This document shows, one piece after another, positions 1 to 8,529 of a stretch of 53,646 bases of DNA (position 1 is the first letter of the stretch; every line of letters begins with the position of its first letter). Position numbers and translations under genes: made by a program. The DNA comes from a virus, in the IMG/VR virus record IMGVR_UViG_3300028410_000015. One strand, written 5' to 3'. The notes below the pieces were generated by a model. It saw only the letters and a list, made by a program, of their open reading frames with translations. It did no database searches and was not told where the DNA came from.

Positions 1-552
1 GCCCAGTCCTCTTGGCAGCGGCTTTTCTCCGTAGGCGCCTAATCATTGTTTCTTTTTTGTCAAGCCTTGGGCGAATGCCTTGATTTCTATAACCCTTTCT
101 CTTTGGCTTTTCATCAACAATGTTGCGAAACCTTTTCTTATCAAGCTCAGGAAGCTTTAGGTCGTCAAAAAGGTATTCGGCCAATTCTTTAAGCGTAATC
201 TCTACCTCGTAGATCTCTTCGCCTTCTTTGTCGCCTGCCTTATCACCTTTTGCCTTTTGCTTTTTCTTACCTTTTCCGATTGTCTGCCCACGAGATTTAT
301 CGGTACCAGGTGAAGAACCTACTCTTTTGTTTTGGTTATTGTCTCCGTAGATAAACCTGTATTCTTTGATTCCCTTGACAGGGATCTTAACTTTTGTTTT
401 ACCTTGCTTACCAATAATCGATTCATCGGCAATGATATCGTGAATACCTTCTCTGATTGCCTTGTCAATCTTTTCTCTGTGACGAGTTCTATCTTGAGCG
501 GATCTATCAGCGGATGTTTTGTGCTTTCTAAAAATCGACATATATTTCTTCT
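1..552 (-). CDS. YeaH/YhbH (DUF444)-like protein, N-terminal part (C-terminus lies beyond window start)
   Basis: Minus-strand ORF starting at ATG (cat 550-552) with a purine-rich SD. Translation begins MSIFRKHKTSADRSAQDRTRHREKIDKAIREGIHDIIADESIIGKQGK...KIPVKGIKEYRFIYG, which resembles DUF444 N-termini from memory. No stop before coordinate 1. Absent from the ORF track because it is partial. Confidence 0.5.
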
Positions 553-609
553 TCTTATGGTGTTTATGCAAGAAGCATGTTTAATAATACCATCTGAAGA
601 AGAATTGTT

Positions 610-1107
610 TTATACTCTGTATTTACTTTTCATCCATGAGAACGGCGTTCTAGTTGACAGGTACTTATCTGTCCTGCCATGACTATATGCTTCTTGCTCA
701 AAGGGGATTTGGAAGTATGCAAACTCGCCAAGGGTCTTTGCCTTAAATCGCGTAAAATCTTGAGGCGTTTCTTCCCATCTACCCCTATACTTCATATAGC
801 CCCAGATATAGAAAAACGCGTAAAAAACAACAAAAAGTGGACTTGAGAGCCATAAAAATGGTAGCAATAGTGCGAACTTAAAGTTAAAGAACATAAAGGG
901 TAGAAGAATCAAAGAAGATACTATGCTGCATTCAATCTGTTGCAAAATGTGAATTGCTTCATGTTGCTCTGTTGCATTGCTCATTTTCCGCTTTGAAATG
1001 ATAAACGGAAACAAAGTAATATTACTAATTCCTGTCTTAGACAAAGGAGAGAATCTCTCTAGAAAACTGTTAAATCTTGGTGACGTAATTTTAATGTAAG
1101 GTTTCAT
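610..1107 (-). CDS. small polytopic membrane protein with HExxH (HEAIH) motif, a putative membrane metallopeptidase
   Basis: ORF track 165 aa. ATG at 1105-1107 is preceded by GAGAGG, and the start overlaps the NUDIX stop by 4 nt (ATGA). Several hydrophobic helices plus TEQHEAIHILQQ. Confidence 0.45.
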   Translation of the reverse strand: MKPYIKITSPRFNSFLERFSPLSKTGISNITLFPFIISKRKMSNATEQHEAIHILQQIECSIVSSLILLPFMFFNFKFALLLPFLWLSSPLFVVFYAFFYIWGYMKYRGRWEETPQDFTRFKAKTLGEFAYFQIPFEQEAYSHGRTDKYLSTRTPFSWMKSKYRV

Positions 1108-1658
1108 TGTCTTAGCCTCTCGATATTTTGCGATGTGTATTTGTACTTAACATTGCCTGTCTTTTCAAACATTTTTCCTTTTGCCCATACAATGCTAGGT
1201 ACAAGAAAGTCAATAACACTCTCAAGAGCATCGTCAAATTTCATCCAGACAATTTCTTCATGTTCTAAGATGCCTGTTGATGGGTTCTCTTCGATCTGGC
1301 CATCTTGCGTTGTAATACCGATAAACATAGCAAGACGATCGTTAATAGTAATTGCCTGTCGTCCAAAAGGAAAGGTCATTTTTCGAATGCCAGCCTCTTC
1401 AGCTGTTTCTCTAAGTGCAGCAGCAAAAACAGTTTCACCGAGGTCCATCTTACCCTTAGGCAGATCATACTTCCCGTCAGATGTTTTTAAGCATAGAACT
1501 CTATACTCTTTGTCTTTAAACTTTTTGAGCACGACAATGCCGGCGCCTGTGTGTTTAGTTCTAACACTACTGTTCTTCGTGTCAATATCATATTCTTCGT
1601 GTATCATGAAACGAAGAACTTTTCGTAAAGATTTAATTGACACAGTAGACCTCGCCAA
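1104..1658 (-). CDS. NUDIX hydrolase
   Basis: Nudix box GKMDLGETVFAAALRETAEEAGI (Gx5Ex7REUxEExGU). The start may be TTG at 1658 or ATG at 1607. Confidence 0.75.
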   Translation of the reverse strand: MARSTVSIKSLRKVLRFMIHEEYDIDTKNSSVRTKHTGAGIVVLKKFKDKEYRVLCLKTSDGKYDLPKGKMDLGETVFAAALRETAEEAGIRKMTFPFGRQAITINDRLAMFIGITTQDGQIEENPSTGILEHEEIVWMKFDDALESVIDFLVPSIVWAKGKMFEKTGNVKYKYTSQNIERLRQ

Positions 1659-1670
1659 TACTATCTATGT

Positions 1671-2555
1671 TTATTTTCGACCAAAGTCATCAGAAAGTCG
1701 AACAACATCGTCAAGTTCTGGTGTGCTTACTTCAAAAAGTTTTACGGTGCCATGCCAGGCACAAAATCTATGAACTGTACCTGACGGGATTCTTTTGCTT
1801 TCGCCGGGCTGAAGGAATACAAAGTCGGTCGACTCTTCAGTTCCTATTTCAAGCTTTAAAGTTCCGCTTAATACATAGATTGTCTCATCTTTGACTTTGT
1901 GATACTGCTTAGACAATCTTAAGTGAGGAAGTATCGTGAGAATCTTTGCAGCATACTTGTCAGTCTTTACCAAGAGTTCTTCGCTGCCCCATGGTTTTTC
2001 TGTCATTCTATCTGCGATGTTTTTGTCAATCTGAACGTCGGAGCGATGTGTTAAATGGAAGTCGTCGGGATCGTTAACTCCCGCGATTAAGTCGCTGCTT
2101 GATTGAATTTTATCATTGCCACCAATGCCAAATCTAATGTCACAACCAATCTTTTTACACAGCGCAAACTCAGGAACTTTGTCGGGCTCACTTCTATCTC
2201 CGCCCTTGGTGAAAATTGCAGGCTTTAGTATTTTAAGACAACCAGTAACTGTTTGAGATCCATCATCCCACCCAACAACGTAATCGACTCCCTCGAGCCC
2301 TGCAATAATCTCCATGCGTTCTTGGTGAAACATGAACGGCTTTCCTTTCTTTCGCTCTAGAAAACCATCGCCGTTTACTATAATAACAACACAAGAGTCT
2401 TCAACTTCTTTGGCAATCTGCACTGTCTCTTTAATGCATCGAAGGTGACCTATGTGAAGCGGATCAAATCCTCCTGAAGTGGTAACAATTCGCTTATTAT
2501 TTTTCTCTGTGATCTTGACTAGATCTTCTGCGCTGTCAAATATTTTAGAACTCAT
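1671..2555 (-). CDS. HxGH-motif nucleotidyltransferase (NMNAT/cytidylyltransferase superfamily) fused to a C-terminal cupin domain
   Basis: N-terminus TTSGGFDPLHIGHLRCIKE, a (H/T)xGH nucleotidyltransferase signature close to NadD FDPIHYGHL. The C-terminal roughly 110 aa look cupin-like (PWGSEELLV...KQYHKVKDETIYVLSGT). ATG at 2553-2555. Confidence 0.65.
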   Translation of the reverse strand: MSSKIFDSAEDLVKITEKNNKRIVTTSGGFDPLHIGHLRCIKETVQIAKEVEDSCVVIIVNGDGFLERKKGKPFMFHQERMEIIAGLEGVDYVVGWDDGSQTVTGCLKILKPAIFTKGGDRSEPDKVPEFALCKKIGCDIRFGIGGNDKIQSSSDLIAGVNDPDDFHLTHRSDVQIDKNIADRMTEKPWGSEELLVKTDKYAAKILTILPHLRLSKQYHKVKDETIYVLSGTLKLEIGTEESTDFVFLQPGESKRIPSGTVHRFCAWHGTVKLFEVSTPELDDVVRLSDDFGRK

Positions 2556-2556
2556 A

Positions 2557-3921
2557 TTAACCCCATAGTTCGAATTTTTCCCTGTATCGAACTAGATGTG
2601 AATCAATCATGTTTCTTTTTAGCTTTTTATACTTTTCGCTATTCTCTTGAATTCCATTTCTTGTAAGATAGCTGTGAATGTGACAAATAAGTTCAGCCTT
2701 AAAATCGTCAACGGTATTTGTGGAGAGTTCGTTCAGTGACGCAGCTAGTATCTCTTCCACACGTGCGTCGACCTCATCAGGATCTTTTGCATGACGATCG
2801 ATATTTTCTTTTGACATGACATCTATGCTTTTTCCATAGATGGCTTTTTGAATGACATGCTGAAGTTCGTGTGCAAACACGCCTCGCGTTTTTCTCATAA
2901 GTTCTGGAAGTTCATTAATAGTTTGTGCCGTATCTTGTGTAAGTTCAAGAGTAAGTTCAATTCCACCAAGATCAACTTCATCAACGTCATCACCATCGAG
3001 ATCACCATAAGGGTCTTCGTCCCAGACATAGTCCGCATCAACGTTGTTAGTCTCTCCAAGTCTAACTGTAGCATCAATATCGTATCGTCCAATTGAATCA
3101 AGTCTTGAAAAGACATTTCCTGTTAATTCTTCATCGAGGGAACCGTGACTCTTTCCATTCTTCCATTCTATCTGAATACTGCTGCCTTCACTCTGGAGGC
3201 AAATCTCGAAATTACTGTGCAACTTATTGTCTTCTTTCTCAATTGCTTCTAGAATGAATCTGGTAAGCGGTTCTGTTAATGTTTGTGCTGCACTTCTAAG
3301 ATCAAACCTCTCATCCGCCTCTGGTAACATTTTAGCCTCGATAAAAAGACGAACATATTGTCTTAGTAATATAGATTCATTGTTTTCTCTTAGATCTGAA
3401 AATACAGATTCTGGGGACGTCCCAATTTGTCTTAGCAGAATTTCCCAATGATCTTGGTGGATAACGTCTGGTTTTCCACCATGTGTTAATGCAAGGGCTT
3501 CGATTGCTTTTTTGTATTTTTCTTTTTGTGATTGACGTGGATTATCAAGCAGATTGTGGAGCATATCGCAGAGTTTTACCTGGAGTGATGTGTCATTGAG
3601 CGATGTTACATAACTTGTGTAATCAGTCCCTTTTACGTGTGACAAAGAGGTCACATATTCCAGAGCTTTTGGTAACCTTCGTTGTATTTGATTTGCTACA
3701 AAAGCCTTGTCTTTAGCGTCTTCAATTGCATCATGTAAGACGGCGACTACTTGAGCAAGCCTAGAATACTTAAATCTCTTTGTAATTGAGTAAACTCTAA
3801 CAGGATGAGTAATGTAAGGACTATTGTCAGATCTTCTCTTCTGGCCTAAGTGAGCTTGCTGAGCAATGTCCAGCGCAATCTCAACCCATCCTTCATTTAG
3901 CTTATGTGTCATGCTTTTCAA
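2557..3921 (-). CDS. RelA/SpoT-type HD-domain phosphohydrolase (putative alarmone or nucleotide hydrolase) with a long C-terminal extension
   Basis: N-terminal YITHPVRV...AVLHDAIEDA matches the RSH hydrolase HD motif. The start is TTG at 3921 or ATG at 3912. Confidence 0.6.
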   Translation of the reverse strand: MKSMTHKLNEGWVEIALDIAQQAHLGQKRRSDNSPYITHPVRVYSITKRFKYSRLAQVVAVLHDAIEDAKDKAFVANQIQRRLPKALEYVTSLSHVKGTDYTSYVTSLNDTSLQVKLCDMLHNLLDNPRQSQKEKYKKAIEALALTHGGKPDVIHQDHWEILLRQIGTSPESVFSDLRENNESILLRQYVRLFIEAKMLPEADERFDLRSAAQTLTEPLTRFILEAIEKEDNKLHSNFEICLQSEGSSIQIEWKNGKSHGSLDEELTGNVFSRLDSIGRYDIDATVRLGETNNVDADYVWDEDPYGDLDGDDVDEVDLGGIELTLELTQDTAQTINELPELMRKTRGVFAHELQHVIQKAIYGKSIDVMSKENIDRHAKDPDEVDARVEEILAASLNELSTNTVDDFKAELICHIHSYLTRNGIQENSEKYKKLKRNMIDSHLVRYREKFELWG

Positions 3922-3944
3922 CTTTGTATAATGAATAATTATCG

Positions 3945-4451
3945 CTAAGCATCTTTAACAGGCACAAAATTCTTGTTTTTTGAAATCATCCAGTCTTTAT
4001 CATAGTTTGCATTTTTGGGATGCTTAGTTACAACGGCATAATCTGATACGTCACTCCACGACAGCTTAGAGACAAAATCATTTCTGATGTCGTTGTCCTC
4101 CATAAACTTAGAGAAGGCATCAATGTAAACTTCGACTTCTTCTTCGGGTCTATATTTTTTCATACCTGCAATTCTTCGTCCATAAATATCTGCAAACACT
4201 TCGCTTGCAATTGACCACTCTGATCCGTCACTCATTTTAATCTCCAATTCTTCAACTACCATGTCAGCGTCATTAAGGTCAGACAAGCTAACATTGATGA
4301 AATCTTTCTTTTGATTTGCACCAAAGGAAAGCATGTTGTTTTCTTCTACTTCTGATGGCGTCAAAACTGGCTTGTCTGTTTCTTTTGCTTTCTTGCCGTG
4401 ATTCCTTTCTTTCCTTTCATCTCTTCCCGGAAACCTGATGATATTACCCAT
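3945..4451 (-). CDS. hypothetical protein (the track ORF is extended in-frame; the likely start is MGNIIRF at 4451)
   Basis: ATG at 4449-4451 lies just downstream of the preceding gene's stop. The upstream part of track ORF 3945..4592 overlaps the 4444..4902 gene. Confidence 0.4.
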   Translation of the reverse strand: MGNIIRFPGRDERKERNHGKKAKETDKPVLTPSEVEENNMLSFGANQKKDFINVSLSDLNDADMVVEELEIKMSDGSEWSIASEVFADIYGRRIAGMKKYRPEEEVEVYIDAFSKFMEDNDIRNDFVSKLSWSDVSDYAVVTKHPKNANYDKDWMISKNKNFVPVKDA

Positions 4452-4902
4452 TTTCAATGCCTCGCTTTTTGTTTTCTGCAGCCCAAACTCTTTCTCTAAT
4501 CGAAGAGGATGAATATTTGTGGTTTCGTGAATTAAAAAATGTTCTGATGTTGAGAGATTTGCCGGTAAAGTTTTTGTTGTGCCAATCAGCACCTAGTATT
4601 CGAATCACGTCGTTGTCATTATGGTCGGCTTCTTTCTTAATGTCAACTAAAACGTTGATAAGATCAGCTTCTGTATTATAGAAAACTACTTGATCAACGT
4701 ATGAGATCGCATTTAGCATTATTGCTCTCTCTTCAACAGTCTGAACAGGCTTGTTTTTACTGATCCTGTCAACAGAAGGATCAGATTGGAGACCAACGAT
4801 CAAGAAGTCACAAACAGATTTGCACTCTTCAAGCATTAAAGCATGTCCCGCATGCAGCAGATCGAAAGATCCGCATGTAAATCCGATGATCTTCTTTCTC
4901 AT
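4444..4902 (-). CDS. nucleotidyltransferase of the HldE C-terminal/TagD-like family (sugar-phosphate or glycerol-phosphate adenylyl/cytidylyltransferase)
   Basis: GFTCGSFDLLHAGHALMLEE...LIVGLQSD matches the CFDxLHxGH motif of ADP-heptose synthase domain II and of cytidylyltransferases. ATG at 4900-4902. Confidence 0.7.
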   Translation of the reverse strand: MRKKIIGFTCGSFDLLHAGHALMLEECKSVCDFLIVGLQSDPSVDRISKNKPVQTVEERAIMLNAISYVDQVVFYNTEADLINVLVDIKKEADHNDNDVIRILGADWHNKNFTGKSLNIRTFFNSRNHKYSSSSIRERVWAAENKKRGIENG

Positions 4903-5007
4903 GTCTCAATCCTCTGTTTTGCTATAAATACTGCGTGGAGGTATTCTTGTTTTGGATGAGCCAAAACTGGAACATTTCCTACTTACAATTGTATCACAAA
5001 ACAGGCA

Positions 5008-5355
5008 ATTTTACATATTTTTTAGTGCTAAAGGGAAACAACTGCAAACTCTCCTAGATTCATTACTAGGTTCAAGTGCAACACACGTAATCATGTTATC
5101 AAAGTCAGGCTCTCTAAAGATTGCGATTTTGATATTACGTGATTTAGCTTTCTCAATTAGCTCAATTATTTTTTGTTCATTCTTGCAGTTAAGTACTGCA
5201 ATGTAGTTTGAGTTTTCAAACCACTCTTTATCAATGTCTGGGAAGTCATTTGAAAATTGCCTAAGTCCGTGACAAGCTTGAGCAATTTGGCTACCAGGTG
5301 ATAGGTCACTTCTGACAACTACATAAAGTTTGTCGCCTTCGTGTATCTAAGACAT
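5008..5355 (-). CDS. PTH2-family peptidyl-tRNA hydrolase-like protein with an in-frame TAG at codon 3
   Basis: SD AAGGAA lies 6 nt upstream of ATG (cat 5353-5355). The reading is ATG TCT TAG, then a 113-codon open frame: IHEGDKLYVVVRSDLSPGSQIAQACHG...IAVLNCKNEQKIIELIEKAKSRNIKIAIFREPDFDNMITCVALEP, ending at TAA about 5008. That frame resembles Pth2 motifs (VVRxDL..G..AAQCxHA; AG.TQ..GS.TVLAIGP). No other canonical start codon lies between the TAG and the conserved core. It is absent from the ORF track because of the TAG. Confidence 0.45.
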
Positions 5356-5375
5356 TTTAGATTCCTTGTAAAAAT

Positions 5376-5456
5376 GGTGCGGAGTAGCAGGATTTGAACC
5401 AACGCGCTGCGGGGTTAGAAGCCGCTGCTCTGCCAGACTGAGCTAAGGGTACAAAA
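5376..5456 (-). tRNA. tRNA-like gene with anticodon loop UUCUAAC (anticodon CUA, amber-reading) but a non-pairing acceptor stem; a possible pseudogene or an unusually processed tRNA
   Basis: Reverse complement gives a canonical D-arm (TAGCTCAGTCTGGCAGAGC), an anticodon stem GCGG/CCGC with loop TTCTAAC, a T-arm GTTGG-TTCAAAT-CCTGC and 3' ACTCCGC-A-CCA. The 5' strand (GTACCCT) cannot pair with the 3' strand. Confidence 0.35.
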
Positions 5457-5653
5457 ATGGTACCGCGAGGTGTGCTTTCACCACCATCTTCATGATCAAA
5501 AATCATGTGCTCTAATATTTGAGCTATCGCGATATAAATGTTGAGAGTTTTAAATGCGGTCTTCCAGAAGCTTTCGTTGCTTGCAAGAAGAATTTGTCTC
5601 TAAAGTTGGTAACGCATCTAATTTAACCTCTATGAGAGTTTACTGTGCTTCAT

Positions 5654-6490
5654 TTAGTTGTTTATCAAAAAAGGCATTATTTTTCTGTATACGATTGAAA
5701 CTGTTTCTTCTGGGCCAGAGGTTTCAAATGCACGACCGAATTCTACAAATCTATCGTAAATTGCTTTGTCGTTGCCGTTTTCTTGGCACTTGTCACCAAT
5801 GAACCAGACTTTATCATCTTTGAATCTATCAAGTGGGAACGTTTTGTCCCATCCATCTGGATAAATGTCCAGTGATGTTTCGCCGCCAAGTGCAACGGTA
5901 ATTCCCGAGGCCAAACCACCAAAATCAGGTAGCAGTTCGTGCTGTGTTTTGAGTGAGTCTTCAATCATTCTTTTAGCTGCGCTTCTAACACCTTTTTCTT
6001 TGTCGTATTTGACAAATTTTCGTCGAAGATCAGACGGGGCATCCCTTCCAACAGGCGACCAGTTGATTGTACTACCTCTATTTGAAACAAAATGGCCTGA
6101 CACGGGAAGATCAGGAAAAGCTGTCGTCAAAGAATGCTGAAGATAGACGAGCTGTTTGATTAAAAGTTCAAATGCCTTATCACCGAGTTTAGCACGCATA
6201 GAAACACTAGAACTAATACCAAAGTGCCCTTCTTCAAAGAACTCATAGCTCTGTGTTCCATTGCATGGTAGTAAAATAAACTTTTCTGGGTCCAAATCGC
6301 TAATTAAGAGATCTAGGAACTTCTCCATTTGATCCTCGATGTAGTTGTAACCAGAACCTGTTATGATACCTACTTTTCTAATATTCTTATTATGGTTAAG
6401 CAAATACAGCATATAAATTACTTTATCATCGACCTTCTTTCTTGAAGGTGTTAGTGTTCCGTCCATGTCAAACAAGATCACATTGCTCAT
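5654..6490 (-). CDS. phosphomannomutase, eukaryote-type HAD-superfamily PMM
   Basis: True start MSNVILFDMDGTLTPSRKKVD (DxDGT HAD motif I, very like eukaryotic PMM LFDVDGTLTPAR); ATG at 6488-6490. The track ORF is extended upstream over the neighbouring gene. Confidence 0.65.
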   Translation of the reverse strand: MSNVILFDMDGTLTPSRKKVDDKVIYMLYLLNHNKNIRKVGIITGSGYNYIEDQMEKFLDLLISDLDPEKFILLPCNGTQSYEFFEEGHFGISSSVSMRAKLGDKAFELLIKQLVYLQHSLTTAFPDLPVSGHFVSNRGSTINWSPVGRDAPSDLRRKFVKYDKEKGVRSAAKRMIEDSLKTQHELLPDFGGLASGITVALGGETSLDIYPDGWDKTFPLDRFKDDKVWFIGDKCQENGNDKAIYDRFVEFGRAFETSGPEETVSIVYRKIMPFLINN

Positions 6491-6503
6491 CTTTGTCTCC
6501 AGA

Positions 6504-7025
6504 TTACTTTTTTGTAGGAAGTATGCCACGAAGATACTTCTTGAGTGGCATTGAACGTCCCGAATTGTGACATTTAACTGTACCGTCTTGACATCTAATT
6601 GTACGGACTTTGTCAGCACGCATGCCAGTTCCTACTTGTTCGCGGCGCTTTGAATTACGCTGAAAGTGTATCTTATCACTCCTTTGATCATTTAGACGTC
6701 TCTCAAGTTCAGCAAATGCGTCTTTTTTATTCTGCGCTTGAGATTTGCTGTCACATCTAACTGTTGTTCGTGTAGGAACATGGGTCAACACGACACATGT
6801 GTCTGTCTTATTCTTATGTTGACCACCGGGACCTGAGCCTCGTGTCATCTTCCATACAAGCTCATCGTCGTGTATTTCAATTTTCGTGTGTACTTTTTCA
6901 CGTAGTACAGCAACAGTGATTGTTGACGTATGAACTCGCCCCTTCTTATCATTTGGAGGAATCCTTTGCCACCGATGGCCCCCAGATTCGTTCTGGAAGG
7001 TATCTAGAACGTTTTTACCAGTCAT
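6504..7025 (-). CDS. class-I release-factor GGQ-domain protein (ArfB/PrfH-like peptidyl-tRNA hydrolase)
   Basis: RGSGPGGQHKNKTDTCVVLTHVPT matches the GGQ catalytic motif of RF/ArfB/PrfH. ATG at 7023-7025. Confidence 0.75.
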   Translation of the reverse strand: MTGKNVLDTFQNESGGHRWQRIPPNDKKGRVHTSTITVAVLREKVHTKIEIHDDELVWKMTRGSGPGGQHKNKTDTCVVLTHVPTRTTVRCDSKSQAQNKKDAFAELERRLNDQRSDKIHFQRNSKRREQVGTGMRADKVRTIRCQDGTVKCHNSGRSMPLKKYLRGILPTKK

Positions 7026-7169
7026 TTTGAGGGATAGGTAACCAGAACCGTTAGAAACTATCTGGCAGCTAAAATGACCTCCGAAGTGCTACCTTCTTGT
7101 ATATTTCAAACTGCTTGTTCACTAGATCTTTGGCGTCATCGCCGCCTTCGCCTGCTCTTATCTCTATTA

Positions 7170-7421
7170 TTACTGTTGACATTGTTTTCTACCAGGTGCA
7201 GTACAACCTACACTTTTTACACCTGCATACGAGACCCAAAGCTGATGTTCTGTGGGGCCTCTTTTGCGCTCTGACTCGGAAAATGCATCAAATGCACAAG
7301 TATCGTCAGACTCTTCTATGGGCATCTTTAAAAGTTTATACAACTTCATAGAAGTTGGCAGAGGATCAGGTGACAAAACTCCGCCGAGCACTGTTTTAGT
7401 AAGTTCATTTACCTTACTCAT
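7170..7421 (-). CDS. hypothetical protein
   Basis: ORF track 83 aa with ATG at 7419-7421. It lies between a terminator hairpin and the GGQ gene. The SD is weak. Confidence 0.3.
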   Translation of the reverse strand: MSKVNELTKTVLGGVLSPDPLPTSMKLYKLLKMPIEESDDTCAFDAFSESERKRGPTEHQLWVSYAGVKSVGCTAPGRKQCQQ

Positions 7422-7534
7422 GTTTTTGCTCGGTTGCTAAAGCTTTTCATTTTGAAAACCTGACATTTTTGCCTCACAGAATTAACATACACAAAAATCT
7501 AAATTTGTATAAGCAGTAGTAATTATGCAACAAA

Positions 7535-7590
7535 AGGGGTTGCGATGGGAATATGTGTAAAAACTCACACTTCATCATCGCAACCCCTAC
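7535..7590 (-). terminator. rho-independent terminator (12-bp perfect stem GGGGTTGCGATG/CATCGCAACCCC followed by TTTTGTT on the minus strand)
   Basis: Seen in sequence at 7535-7590, downstream of the PP2C gene stop (7760). Confidence 0.6.
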
Positions 7591-7759
7591 AAATCTGTAA
7601 CATAGACGACTTTAGTTACTAGAACATCCTTAATTTCAAATCTCTAAAGAGAGAACGAATCGAACTTTCACTTTACAAAGAGAGGTCAAAACCCACTCAA
7701 TCTGTCGCTTTATACTATGTCACAAAAATGGAATCTTCTTTAGAAAAATTACAGAAACG

Positions 7760-8395
7760 TCACCTCGAAAGGTCGACAACGATAGCAGTACAGTTGTCAC
7801 TCGAGCCGTTTCGAAGCGCTTTGTCGCAAAGTGCTTTTGCAGGATCTTCACCACATTCAATTGCGTTAGTAATCTCTGTGTCCATCTCTTTAAGATTCAT
7901 AAAGTCGTGGACACCGTCAGATGAGATGACAAAGCACCCTGGATATATAGGAAGCTCAAAGTTGTCCACCACGGATAGAAATCCAACAGCATTTTTTAGC
8001 ATGCTTCCTATGCCATGATCTACTGTCAAGAAACCAGCAGAACCCTGAGGATCTGACGGGAAATGGCTTATCCTTGTATCACCTGCGTGTGCAACTGAGA
8101 TTGTGTTTTTGTCAGTGTCGAATAGACAAACTGTTGCAGTTGCTCCTCTATGATCTTTTTCTGCTAGGCATTCTATATTAGCTGCCCATAAAGCACCAAC
8201 AATTTCGTCAAGGTTTTTTGCAGCTAATCCAACGTGAAAAACTACTTTCTCGGCAGCTTTATCACCATTTGGGTGACCGCCCATTCCATCAGAGACTGCA
8301 CAAATTGTTCTAGTTTTTTCTTCCAACGGTTTGACGAGAAATCGATCTTCTTGATATCCTCTCTTGCCTTGCTGGGAATTTGTATAGACCTTCAT
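7760..8395 (-). CDS. PP2C-family Ser/Thr protein phosphatase
   Basis: CAVSDGMGGHPNGDKAAE and downstream acidic motifs are typical of PPM/PP2C. ATG at 8393-8395. Confidence 0.75.
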   Translation of the reverse strand: MKVYTNSQQGKRGYQEDRFLVKPLEEKTRTICAVSDGMGGHPNGDKAAEKVVFHVGLAAKNLDEIVGALWAANIECLAEKDHRGATATVCLFDTDKNTISVAHAGDTRISHFPSDPQGSAGFLTVDHGIGSMLKNAVGFLSVVDNFELPIYPGCFVISSDGVHDFMNLKEMDTEITNAIECGEDPAKALCDKALRNGSSDNCTAIVVDLSR

Positions 8396-8448
8396 AGTTT
8401 TGTCCGTGTTACACTTTAAAATACCCTGCAGGTATCTTTGTGTTTAAA

Positions 8449-8524
8449 TGGAAGACCCCTAGGGATTCGAACCCTAACCTACCTGATTCAAAGTCAAGTG
8501 CTCTGCCGATTAAGCTAGAGGTCC
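8449..8524 (-). tRNA. tRNA-Gln (anticodon TTG)
   Basis: Plus strand starts with TGG (encoded CCA), and the T-loop reverse complement is GGATTCGAACCC. The acceptor pairs with wobbles. Anticodon loop CTTTGAA. Confidence 0.65.
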
Positions 8525-8529
8525 ATTTG

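Noticed and set aside
1135-1773. Plus-strand ORFs of 60-230 aa overlapping minus-strand genes (for example 1135..1773, 15025..15729, 22337..22774, 38273..38855, 44406..45234, 50111..50680).
   Set aside because: They lie antisense to ORFs with strong motif support (NUDIX, MVP, RtcB and others) or inside the promoter-module array. They have no SD and an odd composition, so they are most likely frame shadows.
5376-5560. A 58-codon minus-strand ORF (MIFDHEDGGESTPRGTIFVPLAQSGRAAASNPAARWFKSCYSAPFLQGI) spanning the CUA tRNA-like gene.
   Set aside because: tRNA sequences are frequently stop-free. The D-arm and T-arm are too canonical for coding sequence. The ORF has a weak SD and ends inside the SD of the next gene.
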